Positions 1 to 7,467 of a DNA stretch of 38,838 nucleotides are shown here, in pieces; the first letter of the stretch is position 1; every line of letters begins with the position of its first letter. Location of the stretch: positions 128,850 through 167,687 of IMG/VR virus record IMGVR_UViG_3300035670_000017; one strand, 5' to 3'. The notes under the pieces are model-generated. The model saw only the letters and a list, made by a program, of their open reading frames with translations. It was not told the DNA's origin and searched no databases. The DNA is from a virus. Its lineage: Duplodnaviria > Heunggongvirae > Uroviricota > Caudoviricetes. The position numbers and the translations under genes are program-made.

Positions 1-2
1 AG

Positions 3-62
3 TTCATCAAGGACTACGGCCATATTTACAACATCCAAAAGGTAGAAGATGCAACCTGGTGA
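3..62 (+). CDS. 3' end of an upstream gene truncated by the window edge (...FIKDYGHIYNIQKVEDATW*)
   Basis: Frame 3 is open from the window start to TGA at 60-62 and overlaps the ATG at 49. Only 19 codons are visible. Confidence 0.4.
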   Translation, partial: FIKDYGHIYNIQKVEDATW

Positions 63-429
63 TACCGAAGAAGATCGCAAGATCGTCATTTACCATGAAG
101 AATGGTGCTCGATGAATGTCGAAGGCAAAGAAGTGGTTCAGCCTTTCGATATGACCGCACGTATTGTTCCGGAAGAAGCTCTTTTCCCAGAAGGTCAAGA
201 GAGCCTGCAGCCTGGACAAGAGCTGGTCATTGTCAAGAACCAACAGCTTTGGATCACCAACGCCGAGGGTGAGCTGGGTGAGCTGGTCGTCGATCAAGTT
301 CTGGTGCGGAAACTCACTGAGTCTGAGACTCAAGTAGTTACCGGCGGTCTTTTGGTCAATGGTCTACCTACCAAGGAAGTTTTGAACATCTTCGACTCGG
401 GAAAGTACAAAGAACATGGAGCTGATTAA
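49..429 (+). CDS. Hypothetical protein (126 aa), possibly virion-associated
   Basis: ORF overlapping both neighbours, with phage-like codon usage. No motif recognised. Confidence 0.7.
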   Translation: MQPGDTEEDRKIVIYHEEWCSMNVEGKEVVQPFDMTARIVPEEALFPEGQESLQPGQELVIVKNQQLWITNAEGELGELVVDQVLVRKLTESETQVVTGGLLVNGLPTKEVLNIFDSGKYKEHGAD

Positions 430-805
430 AAACAAACAGTACGTCATCGGGCTGCTGACTATTGCTCGTGAAGGAGCGCCGCTTTTACCGACTGAAGGTG
501 CTCTGATGGGCATCTCCCGCAATGACGGAGTTGAAGAGAACTTCATCTTCAGCTCAGTCAGCTCTGCCGGGATCTATCTGGTCCGTGATGATAACGGCGC
601 AACGTATCAATACAGTATCTTCCAGGTGCTCCCTCAGGTCACTATCAATAGCAATGACTTGGAGCCGTTGTTGACCGAAAAATACAAGACTACGATTGAC
701 ACCACTTTGGTTTGGTCTAAAGAAGGTCGAAAGCTTTCTGTTGATAACTTCGGTGAAACACCCGGTATTTCTCAGGCTATCATCCTCATGAAAATGTCCA
801 TTTGA
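416..805 (+). CDS. Hypothetical protein (129 aa)
   Basis: ORF overlaps the previous gene and is followed by a strong hairpin at 811-846. No motif recognised. Confidence 0.7.
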   Translation: MELIKNKQYVIGLLTIAREGAPLLPTEGALMGISRNDGVEENFIFSSVSSAGIYLVRDDNGATYQYSIFQVLPQVTINSNDLEPLLTEKYKTTIDTTLVWSKEGRKLSVDNFGETPGISQAIILMKMSI

Positions 806-810
806 CACAC

Positions 811-846
811 ATACTCAGCTACTCCTTCACGGGAGTAGCTGAGTAT
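811..846 (+). terminator. Hairpin, probable intrinsic terminator
   Basis: ATACTCAGCTACTCC / GGAGTAGCTGAGTAT, 15-bp perfect stem, followed by T-rich sequence. Confidence 0.8.
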
Positions 847-877
847 AGTTTGTTCCCTTTATTTTTTATCAATCCGT

Positions 878-886
878 ATCTTATGG
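878..886 (+). promoter_or_regulatory. Candidate nvRNAP late promoter (ATCTTATGG, TATG core at 882-885)
   Basis: TATG is the known phiKZ late-promoter core. The same 9-mer recurs at 4294-4302, upstream of a gene with a related N-terminus. Confidence 0.5.
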
Positions 887-932
887 CACTTAGGGTGATT
901 TTTCAACCTTTTACTCCTCAGAGGTTACTTAC

Positions 933-1340
933 ATGGCAACAACAGTCATCAATAAAGTTTCCGCATTGCCTGGTGTACTCGTAGCTAATGCGATGTATGC
1001 TGTGGCTGATGGTCCGGATCGTTTCAAATTTTACATGGCCGACAGCACTGGCACAGCTGCCCGTCGCGTTGACCAATCCCAAGAAGTTCTCGATCAAGTT
1101 GTAGCGGTTTCCGAGACTGCTCCTGATCTGGCTACGTCCAAAGCACGCTTCTGGCTGGACTCCAGCCGAGGCATCCTTTTCGTGCGCTATGAAAACGCTG
1201 GCAATCCTATTTGGATGGAAGCTCAGTCTTCGGCACAGCTGCCTGAATTCGCAGGCACAGGCGGTCTGTTTGGTACAGCCGACACCGTGGCTCGCGGCGA
1301 CCACCAGCACGATCACTTGGTCATCGAAGCTGACTGGTAA
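933..1340 (+). CDS. Small tail-fibre/virion structural protein (135 aa)
   Basis: Contains VSETAP...FWLDSSRGILFVRY...W.EA, resembling the SxTAP-x-WxD-xxG-LY fibre module. N-terminus resembles that of the 4338 ORF. Confidence 0.6.
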   Translation: MATTVINKVSALPGVLVANAMYAVADGPDRFKFYMADSTGTAARRVDQSQEVLDQVVAVSETAPDLATSKARFWLDSSRGILFVRYENAGNPIWMEAQSSAQLPEFAGTGGLFGTADTVARGDHQHDHLVIEADW

Positions 1341-1370
1341 ATCCTTTTTCTTTGAAAAGAGAGCAAAAAC

Positions 1371-1805
1371 ATGGCAGTACTTAACTTCCCCACAAACCCC
1401 TCGGAAGACCAACTGTATCAGGCCACTGACGGCAGCCGTTGGATCTTCAAGGGCGGAGCCTGGCGCTCCTATAGCAACGTCAACGGTCTGGAGCCTGTCG
1501 ACCTGACGCTGCCCCGCTACGACCTGGCAGTCGCCCCTATGGGCGCTTCTGGTAATCTGAATCAAGAGCAAGTCTTCACGGTGGACAACACCGTGGCTGG
1601 TGTCAAGACGATGGCTTTCAGCAACATGCCCGCTGGCAAGGCTATGACAGTGGTGCTGGTTGTGAAGGGTAACGTCGGCACCATCGCCATTCCTGGCATC
1701 ACTTTCGCAACCGGTGTGGATAACACCGTTGGCACCAACAAGACGATCTTCGTTCTGTTCTGGGATGGCGCTGCCTTCACCGTGACTTCGAACATCAAGC
1801 AGTAA
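1371..1805 (+). CDS. Tail-fibre-associated structural protein (144 aa)
   Basis: N-terminal NFPTNPSEDQLYQATDGSRWIFKGGAW matches the NFPxxP...WxWxGxxW fibre motif. The rest is beta-rich (Gly/Thr/Val). Confidence 0.65.
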   Translation: MAVLNFPTNPSEDQLYQATDGSRWIFKGGAWRSYSNVNGLEPVDLTLPRYDLAVAPMGASGNLNQEQVFTVDNTVAGVKTMAFSNMPAGKAMTVVLVVKGNVGTIAIPGITFATGVDNTVGTNKTIFVLFWDGAAFTVTSNIKQ

Positions 1806-1818
1806 GGAAACTTTTGAC

Positions 1819-2475
1819 ATGAGCGAAATCACTAATGATCATCTCCTGATCCATGTTGAATCTGATCGCTATCCAGTCTCTTTGACTGAATTCAAGCGTC
1901 TGGTTCCTGGTTATCTCTTCGGTGCAACTGTGCCTGAGGAAATCATCAATGAAAGCGGCTACCGTGTCGTTGATCGAGTAGACGCACCTATTGGTGATGT
2001 GGTTGTTGAGCAACCCCCTCAGCCTAATGGTGCACGCTATGTTCAGATCTATTCTTTCCGTGCTTTCAATGAGCAGGAAAAAGCTGAGCAACTGGCTTTG
2101 GCTAAGGAAGCTGCGCTGAACGAAGCCAAGATCGCTGCAGCATGGACACGCGAACAAGGTGCTCCTTACCAGTTTGCTTCTGGTGAGCAGCATGTGCAGC
2201 TGCGTGATGCGGACATCAGCAATCTGACAGGTCTGGGTCTGAAGGCTGATCGCGATCCTTCTCGCACCTACTACTTCCGAAGCCAAGAGAACGTCACCAA
2301 CGCTCTGACTGGCGCAGAGGTACGCGCACTCACAGACTATGCTTTCGAGCGCTTTGAGCGCTTCCTGGAGGCTTACTGGGGTGTTCAGAATGTGATCGAA
2401 GGTTGCACTTCGATTGCTGACATTCCTTCCAAGGAAGTGATTCGTCAAACCATCAACAGCTCTGTTCTCGCTTAA
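1819..2475 (+). CDS. Tail fibre assembly protein, DUF4376-like (218 aa)
   Basis: C-terminal HVQLRDADISNLTGL...YYFRSQENVTNALTGAEVRAL pattern typical of DUF4376-like fibre chaperones. Lies directly after fibre genes with SD TAAGGA. Confidence 0.65.
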   Translation: MSEITNDHLLIHVESDRYPVSLTEFKRLVPGYLFGATVPEEIINESGYRVVDRVDAPIGDVVVEQPPQPNGARYVQIYSFRAFNEQEKAEQLALAKEAALNEAKIAAAWTREQGAPYQFASGEQHVQLRDADISNLTGLGLKADRDPSRTYYFRSQENVTNALTGAEVRALTDYAFERFERFLEAYWGVQNVIEGCTSIADIPSKEVIRQTINSSVLA

Positions 2476-2499
2476 GAGAGCCTTGTGATTTGATCCTAC

Positions 2500-2534
2500 T
2501 ACACTCTGTTGTCCTTCATGGGCAACAGAGTGTA
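2500..2534 (+). terminator. Hairpin ending the fibre operon
   Basis: TACACTCTGTTGTCC-TTCAT-GGGCAACAGAGTGTA, 15-bp stem with one G-U pair. No clean U-tract. Confidence 0.7.
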
Positions 2535-2692
2535 TGTATGGTTTGTTATAATATTACACTCTCTAATTATAGAATGAGGCTAACGCTGAAAGACTAGGCA
2601 ATTATGCTGTCTTAAATTTGAATACATATAGAAGAGTGAACGAACTTGGTGAGTGAGCTATTCTATACTGACCATAATGGAGAGGTGAGACT

Positions 2693-3154
2693 ATGAAAAC
2701 ACATCGAACACTAGGCAGTCTACTAGCGAGCCGGGTCATCAATGAGCCTTGGGAGAAGCCTACCAAAGAAGCACTTCTTACCATGAGAGCTATAGGTTTC
2801 TCAGATGACTATGTACCGAGTTATAATGTACTGGCCTTTGGATGGAGGATCAGTCATATATTCCAACACATCCCCGATCTGAGTTCTGATATGTTTGCTG
2901 AAGAGCACAAACAGATGATGTGTAAGGATTTTCTGTGGTTATGTAATCAGATCTCTGGGCTCAAGGTTTTGAGAAAGAAATACTCCGATGGATGCGTGGT
3001 TGAACGCTATAATCAATGCTTGGATGATTTCAATATGAAGCTTTCATGGATCATGCCAGGATGCTACGAATATATTTCTAAGAAAAGAATTCTAGTGAAT
3101 CCAATTACTAAGTCGACGTTCATCGTCGGATGGAAAGAATATAAGGAGGACTGA
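2693..3154 (+). CDS. Hypothetical protein (153 aa)
   Basis: SD GAGGTG upstream, and TGATG coupling to the next gene. Confidence 0.75.
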   Translation: MKTHRTLGSLLASRVINEPWEKPTKEALLTMRAIGFSDDYVPSYNVLAFGWRISHIFQHIPDLSSDMFAEEHKQMMCKDFLWLCNQISGLKVLRKKYSDGCVVERYNQCLDDFNMKLSWIMPGCYEYISKKRILVNPITKSTFIVGWKEYKED

Positions 3155-4281
3155 TGCAGTTACACAATAGGCACACGATGCCTAAGGACATCCAAGCTAC
3201 ATATATAGGCAGAGGGACTATCTGGGGAAATCCTTATGTGGTCAGCGAAAATGGCTTAGATCAAGCTTCAGCGGCTTTGTTGTATCGTAAATCCTTGGCC
3301 AGGCGCTTGGCAGGTAGAGACCCTGTTTCGGTTGACAAAGTTCTGAAGCTCGCTGGTGTCGAACACATTTGCTGCTCGTGCGCCCCTAGACCTTGTCACG
3401 GTGATTGCTTCGTTGAAATCTGGAACATCATCCGGGACAAGAAGATAAAACCCCTAGAAGGTATCCGGGAGTGGGTCAAGCTCAATGGGTATAGCTATGG
3501 TCCTTTGACAGATGGCAAAGACCACATCAATATCTATAGCAAAGCCAAGACTCGGTTAGGGAAGTTCCTGACCAACATGTCGGATGTTCCTGTAAAGACC
3601 AAGCACGGAGTCTTTCAGAGCATGGAGGGCTACTGGTATTGGTTAAGTACTGGTGAGCAGCATGACTTCTTTCGAGACGCTCAGTGTTTTGAGGCTAAGA
3701 AACGCGGCAAGGGGTTGGAACGAATTGGTAATTCTACGATGCAACAAGACATCAAAGATGCCATGTACGAGAAACTCGTACAGTATCCAGCGATGTTGGA
3801 GTTATTTAAGAAGTCTGAGCTTCCATTCACTCATTACTACTTCTTTGGTCAAGACGACGACAGAACTGTAGTCTATCCGGCTTATGATTGGATCACTGCG
3901 GAATGGGAGAGACTCAGAAAGCTTTTCCGTGGTGAGTTAAAGAGATGTATCATTGCTGGTAGTCGAACCATCACTGATTATGAGATCGTTGAGAAGGCTG
4001 TTAAGGACAGCGGCTTTGAGTTTGATGAGGTAGTATGTGGTGAGGCTATGGGAGTTGATACACTAGGACGCTACCACGCCATGCGCAATAAACTCTACAT
4101 CAAGAGCTTCATTCCTGACTGGACCAATCTAGGCAAGAAGGCCGGAATGTTGAGAAACATCGACATGGGTAACTATGCGGATATGGCTATTGTCATCATC
4201 AAAGACCATAGCAAAGGCAGCACTCAGATGAAAGAGTACATGGAGAGTTTGAAAAAGCCTGTATACTCCGTGCATCTGTGA
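3154..4281 (+). CDS. DUF4326 - NADAR-like - YspA/SLOG three-domain fusion protein (375 aa)
   Basis: aa ~1-95: YIGRGTIWGNPY...CCSCAPRPCHGD (DUF4326). aa ~120-255: INIYSK..LGKFLTNM..P....GVFQSMEGYW...EAKKRG...EKLVQYP (NADAR, T4 30.3-like). aa ~264-375: IIAGSR...VVCGEAMGVD...DW...GKKAGMLRN..M..YAD......SKGS (YspA-like SLOG). Confidence 0.8.
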   Translation: MQLHNRHTMPKDIQATYIGRGTIWGNPYVVSENGLDQASAALLYRKSLARRLAGRDPVSVDKVLKLAGVEHICCSCAPRPCHGDCFVEIWNIIRDKKIKPLEGIREWVKLNGYSYGPLTDGKDHINIYSKAKTRLGKFLTNMSDVPVKTKHGVFQSMEGYWYWLSTGEQHDFFRDAQCFEAKKRGKGLERIGNSTMQQDIKDAMYEKLVQYPAMLELFKKSELPFTHYYFFGQDDDRTVVYPAYDWITAEWERLRKLFRGELKRCIIAGSRTITDYEIVEKAVKDSGFEFDEVVCGEAMGVDTLGRYHAMRNKLYIKSFIPDWTNLGKKAGMLRNIDMGNYADMAIVIIKDHSKGSTQMKEYMESLKKPVYSVHL

Positions 4282-4286
4282 GCGAA

Positions 4287-4335
4287 GGCGAGGATCTTAT
4301 GGGAAACCGTTAACTTTTCTAAGGAGATCCTTGTT
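4287..4335 (+). promoter_or_regulatory. RBS-sequestering hairpin containing a TATG late-promoter candidate (4298-4301)
   Basis: 4287-4298 pairs with 4324-4335 (12 bp with G-U pairs) and 4300-4306 pairs with 4315-4321. This covers SD AAGGAG (4321-4326) of the GTG start at 4338. Confidence 0.55.
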
Positions 4336-4337
4336 CT

Positions 4338-4934
4338 GTGCCGCCTCAACCTTTATTTATTAAAAAGCTAAGTGAGCTGCCGTCTCAATTGGAGCCCAGC
4401 ACACTTTACATCACTCCAGATACGGGAGATCCTACTAATTTGATATTCACCGCCACTAACCAAGATGGCACTGTTTCTAAAGGTACCTATACCTGGCAAG
4501 ACATCGTGGATATTGTCAAAGCGGAAGTATCTCCTATCAGAACTAGAGTCAGGACGTTTGATCTTCCAAACGTCGGAGATAGCTGTGATGTTGATCTGGA
4601 TGGAATCATTCGAATCAACTACGTCAAAACAACTAACTCCGGATACGAGGGATATCAAGTCCACCTGTACGCCATAGGTCCTGATCGGACTGTTGGATTC
4701 AGGCGAGACACTATCTATGACAACACAGCCTTAGAAGGCTACAATAACAATAACCTGGTCTTGTCCGAGACTACTGGGTTTTTATCAGACTCTCTGGCTT
4801 ATGGAAGCATGCGTGAGTTTACTCGAAAAGTCATCATCGATTACTCCACCATGGTCTCATGGCAGATTGACATCTATGGCTTCGGTAATGGTAAACTTAG
4901 GTTTATTGTTGCTCGTTACCAGGAGAGTGATTGA
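4338..4934 (+). CDS. Putative virion/tail-fibre-related protein (198 aa, GTG start)
   Basis: N-terminus FIKKLSELPSQLEPSTLYI...TATNQDGT resembles VINKVSALPGVLVANAMYA...YMADSTGT of the 933 ORF. C-terminal part is beta-rich. Confidence 0.55.
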   Translation: MPPQPLFIKKLSELPSQLEPSTLYITPDTGDPTNLIFTATNQDGTVSKGTYTWQDIVDIVKAEVSPIRTRVRTFDLPNVGDSCDVDLDGIIRINYVKTTNSGYEGYQVHLYAIGPDRTVGFRRDTIYDNTALEGYNNNNLVLSETTGFLSDSLAYGSMREFTRKVIIDYSTMVSWQIDIYGFGNGKLRFIVARYQESD

Positions 4935-4935
4935 T

Positions 4936-5232
4936 ATGCGTAGGTATTTGTTCTTACTGCTTTGCTTGGGTCTGAGCACATCCGTGAGTTCAGGTATCGT
5001 ATATCATAAAAATCAACCAGAACATGCGTGTTTGGTAAGATTCAAAGATCCTTATAGAGAAGAAACTATAGTGATTGATTTGAATCATGTTCGCAGAATC
5101 TATACTGCGATGGATATGTACCTACATATCCGAACAAGCAATGAAGTACAGGTGGCTGACTTCAAAGATGAAGATGAAAGAGATAGGGTTTTTGGGGTAT
5201 TGGTGAGAAGATGGCAGGAATGCTTAAAATAG
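4936..5232 (+). CDS. Secreted/periplasmic hypothetical protein (98 aa)
   Basis: ATG at 4936 after SD AGGAG. MRRYLFLLLCLGLSTSVSS is a signal-peptide-like N-terminus. I shortened the start from the track ORF (4801). Confidence 0.65.
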   Translation: MRRYLFLLLCLGLSTSVSSGIVYHKNQPEHACLVRFKDPYREETIVIDLNHVRRIYTAMDMYLHIRTSNEVQVADFKDEDERDRVFGVLVRRWQECLK

Positions 5233-5237
5233 ATAAG

Positions 5238-5272
5238 GATACTATCCAGGCTAAAAAAGCCTGGATAGTATC
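5238..5272. terminator. Hairpin
   Basis: GATACTATCCAGGCT / AGCCTGGATAGTATC, 15-bp perfect stem, immediately before a promoter motif. Confidence 0.75.
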
Positions 5273-5298
5273 TACTGTTTATAAAAAATTTCATTCAC

Positions 5299-5314
5299 AT
5301 ATACTCTACTTGAG
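5299..5314 (+). promoter_or_regulatory. Candidate early (vRNAP) promoter motif ATATACTCTACTTGAG, copy 1
   Basis: Identical to 19699-19714 and near-identical to 10137-10152 and 24810-24825. All copies are intergenic and upstream of plus-strand genes. Confidence 0.75.
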
Positions 5315-5383
5315 GATAGATAGCAGTATATCCTTATCCAATATCTTTCTATAACCCTCCTGCTAATTAAAAGGAAATACATC

Positions 5384-5905
5384 ATGTTCAATCTCGGTTT
5401 CACTGTTCAATACGTCGAAGGTATCCGTCTGGAAATTATCTCTGACTGGATGCTGTCCGTGAATACGACTCTGCGTACTCGCTTGTGGTCGGGCTGCGGT
5501 GCTGTCGCTGTTCGATTGGAGAACCCCTTGGTCGATCCAAATACCACTCGTCCGGACATCTGTATCCTCATGGCTGAAAAGCTCAAGGAGTATTTGACTG
5601 AAGACGAATTCAATGCTATCTTGGAACACGAACTGGCCCATATCCGCAATGGTGATTTGGATAATCTTCAGATCTCCAAGAAGATGAAGATCCAAGTAAA
5701 CATGGATTATGAAATGGCTGCTGACCAAGCGGCTGTTGCTAAATACGGAGCAGCCACTTTGCTGTCGGCTTTGACTAAGATCCGTCGCGCTCAGATCGAA
5801 AACCTGCTGTTCATTAAGAACAAGAAGGTTGTTGATTTCATCTGCCGTGTGTTTGTGGACAAAGTGACCCGCAAACGCTTGGCTGTTTTGAAGCAAGCTA
5901 TCTAA
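5384..5905 (+). CDS. Zn-metallopeptidase, M48-like, soluble (173 aa)
   Basis: EFNAILEHELAHIRNGD (HEXXH) plus downstream EMAAD, and the LxSALxKI motif of the M48 family. No transmembrane segment. Confidence 0.8.
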   Translation: MFNLGFTVQYVEGIRLEIISDWMLSVNTTLRTRLWSGCGAVAVRLENPLVDPNTTRPDICILMAEKLKEYLTEDEFNAILEHELAHIRNGDLDNLQISKKMKIQVNMDYEMAADQAAVAKYGAATLLSALTKIRRAQIENLLFIKNKKVVDFICRVFVDKVTRKRLAVLKQAI

Positions 5906-5912
5906 ACCAACC

Positions 5913-5947
5913 GACCTAGACGGCACCCTCGTCTAGGTCTTTTTTTC
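5913..5947 (+). terminator. Intrinsic terminator
   Basis: GACCTAGACG / CGTCTAGGTC 10-bp stem followed by a T run. Confidence 0.85.
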
Positions 5948-5964
5948 TTAAAAGGAAATCCATC

Positions 5965-6435
5965 ATGAATCAACCTGTCACTCTGGGAACATTGATCCGT
6001 CGTCATTTGGAAAGTCCAAAGACCATCGTTAGCCTGCAAAAATCTCTTCGCTCTGCTTCGCATAACAACACGATGCGGCGCCTTCATAAGTATGCAAAGA
6101 GCCAGGGTAGCGACCGGGTCGCAGCGACGCTTTCCTTCCATGCGAATTCATCTTTCTTTACCAAGGCAATGACGAAGGATTCAGGCTTGCAAGACCTGAA
6201 TGTTTCTCTGGTCTTCGACAAGCGTCGTTATTTTATTTTTGACGCCAAGCAATCCCGACTCAATGAACTGACGTGGCTCTCCGCGAAGATGCGCATCGTC
6301 GAAGGGCGTCTCAAGGACATTGTTTTTGTTGCGGAAACGATGTTCCATGAAAATGGCTGTCAGTTGGAAAGCTATCAGGCTATGGAAAACTACATGGTCA
6401 ACGAACATCAAGTGCAACGCAAACAACACGTCTAA
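5965..6435 (+). CDS. Hypothetical protein (156 aa)
   Basis: SD AAAGGAAA. No motif recognised. Confidence 0.75.
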   Translation: MNQPVTLGTLIRRHLESPKTIVSLQKSLRSASHNNTMRRLHKYAKSQGSDRVAATLSFHANSSFFTKAMTKDSGLQDLNVSLVFDKRRYFIFDAKQSRLNELTWLSAKMRIVEGRLKDIVFVAETMFHENGCQLESYQAMENYMVNEHQVQRKQHV

Positions 6436-6445
6436 AGGAAACTGT

Positions 6446-6619
6446 ATGCTCAGATCATTTTTGTTGAAAGTGTTTGACTTCTTTGGAGTCGGTAAAAACT
6501 TCGACGCCAAGATAGCCGCCAATTTAAAATATCTGAGCTACGATCCCTCGACTCGCGAAACCACATTCAAAACCCCTCCCTCATTATCAAATCAAAAGGA
6601 AACTCAAAATGGAACATAA
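6446..6619 (+). CDS. Small hypothetical protein (57 aa, MLRSFLLKVFDFFG...)
   Basis: ATG at 6446 with SD AAGGAAA. It fills the gap between neighbouring genes. Confidence 0.55.
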   Translation: MLRSFLLKVFDFFGVGKNFDAKIAANLKYLSYDPSTRETTFKTPPSLSNQKETQNGT

Positions 6620-7112
6620 AGATCACCTAAGCGCGGCGATTCGCATGGCTAAGCTGGAGCGCTTTCGCATCAAGAAAGTCGAGGAACTGAAGGCTGGAGT
6701 CTATTTCCGATTCTTCGCGTCCTATCATAATTCAGGAGTCATGATCACTGAGCTGATCAGCAAACCTATGAAGTACAAAACCCATAAAAAGAAAATTATG
6801 GGAATTGTTTCCGACGGCACTGTTAAGCTTAGTGAAATGGAGGCAATCATTGACAGATGGCTAGTCATGAATGCTCGGCCTCTTGAGACAAATACAGGTA
6901 TTGAAGTTGAGCATGATCGAGATGAAAAATGCTGCTTTGTCAGTGATCAATTCGTGACATCCAATTGTTACCGCGCCAATAGCAAAGTCGAAAACTTCGC
7001 TAAGGAATGGAAGTGGATGTCAGTTGCTGACGCAAACATTGTCTGGCAAATGTATCTCAAGATCGTAAATCGTGAAAACGAGGATCTCGAATACCTGGAT
7101 TCCGGTCTTTGA
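6609..7112 (+). CDS. Hypothetical protein (167 aa)
   Basis: SD AAAAGGAAACTCAAA-ATG. No motif recognised. Confidence 0.75.
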   Translation: MEHKDHLSAAIRMAKLERFRIKKVEELKAGVYFRFFASYHNSGVMITELISKPMKYKTHKKKIMGIVSDGTVKLSEMEAIIDRWLVMNARPLETNTGIEVEHDRDEKCCFVSDQFVTSNCYRANSKVENFAKEWKWMSVADANIVWQMYLKIVNRENEDLEYLDSGL

Positions 7113-7130
7113 ATTAAAAGGAAACTCAAT

Positions 7131-7457
7131 ATGGAAATCAAAATTATCTCATTGACGGAAGTTGAATTTTCTTTCTGGAATACCCAGTTCCAAAAGTTCC
7201 ATCCGAACTCAATGGAAAACTTCACTCGATATTTTTCCGCTATCAATGACAAATTCCCTGTCAGTGAAGAACGCGCGAAGGAATACATTCGAGTGATGAA
7301 GGAAGTTCTTTCGAAAGAAAGTAATTTCACCGTCATGGAAAAAGAATTCCGGGGACTCAAAGGCAAGTACCATCGGGCGCGCATTCAACTTGAACGCCGG
7401 GTGACGGAAGTCTCTCGTGCCGTCGAAGCCATTAACCGCCTGGTCGTCAAATCTTAA
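7131..7457 (+). CDS. Hypothetical helical protein (108 aa)
   Basis: SD AAAAGGAAACTCAAT-ATG. C-terminus is coiled-coil-like. Confidence 0.75.
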   Translation: MEIKIISLTEVEFSFWNTQFQKFHPNSMENFTRYFSAINDKFPVSEERAKEYIRVMKEVLSKESNFTVMEKEFRGLKGKYHRARIQLERRVTEVSRAVEAINRLVVKS

Positions 7458-7467
7458 GGAAATAAAA

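Noticed and set aside
2541-2580. TAATATTACAC resembling the phiKZ early consensus TATATTAC, upstream of 2693
   Set aside because: It is a single imperfect match that does not fit this phage's own four-copy motif. It may be a real promoter, but I cannot support it.
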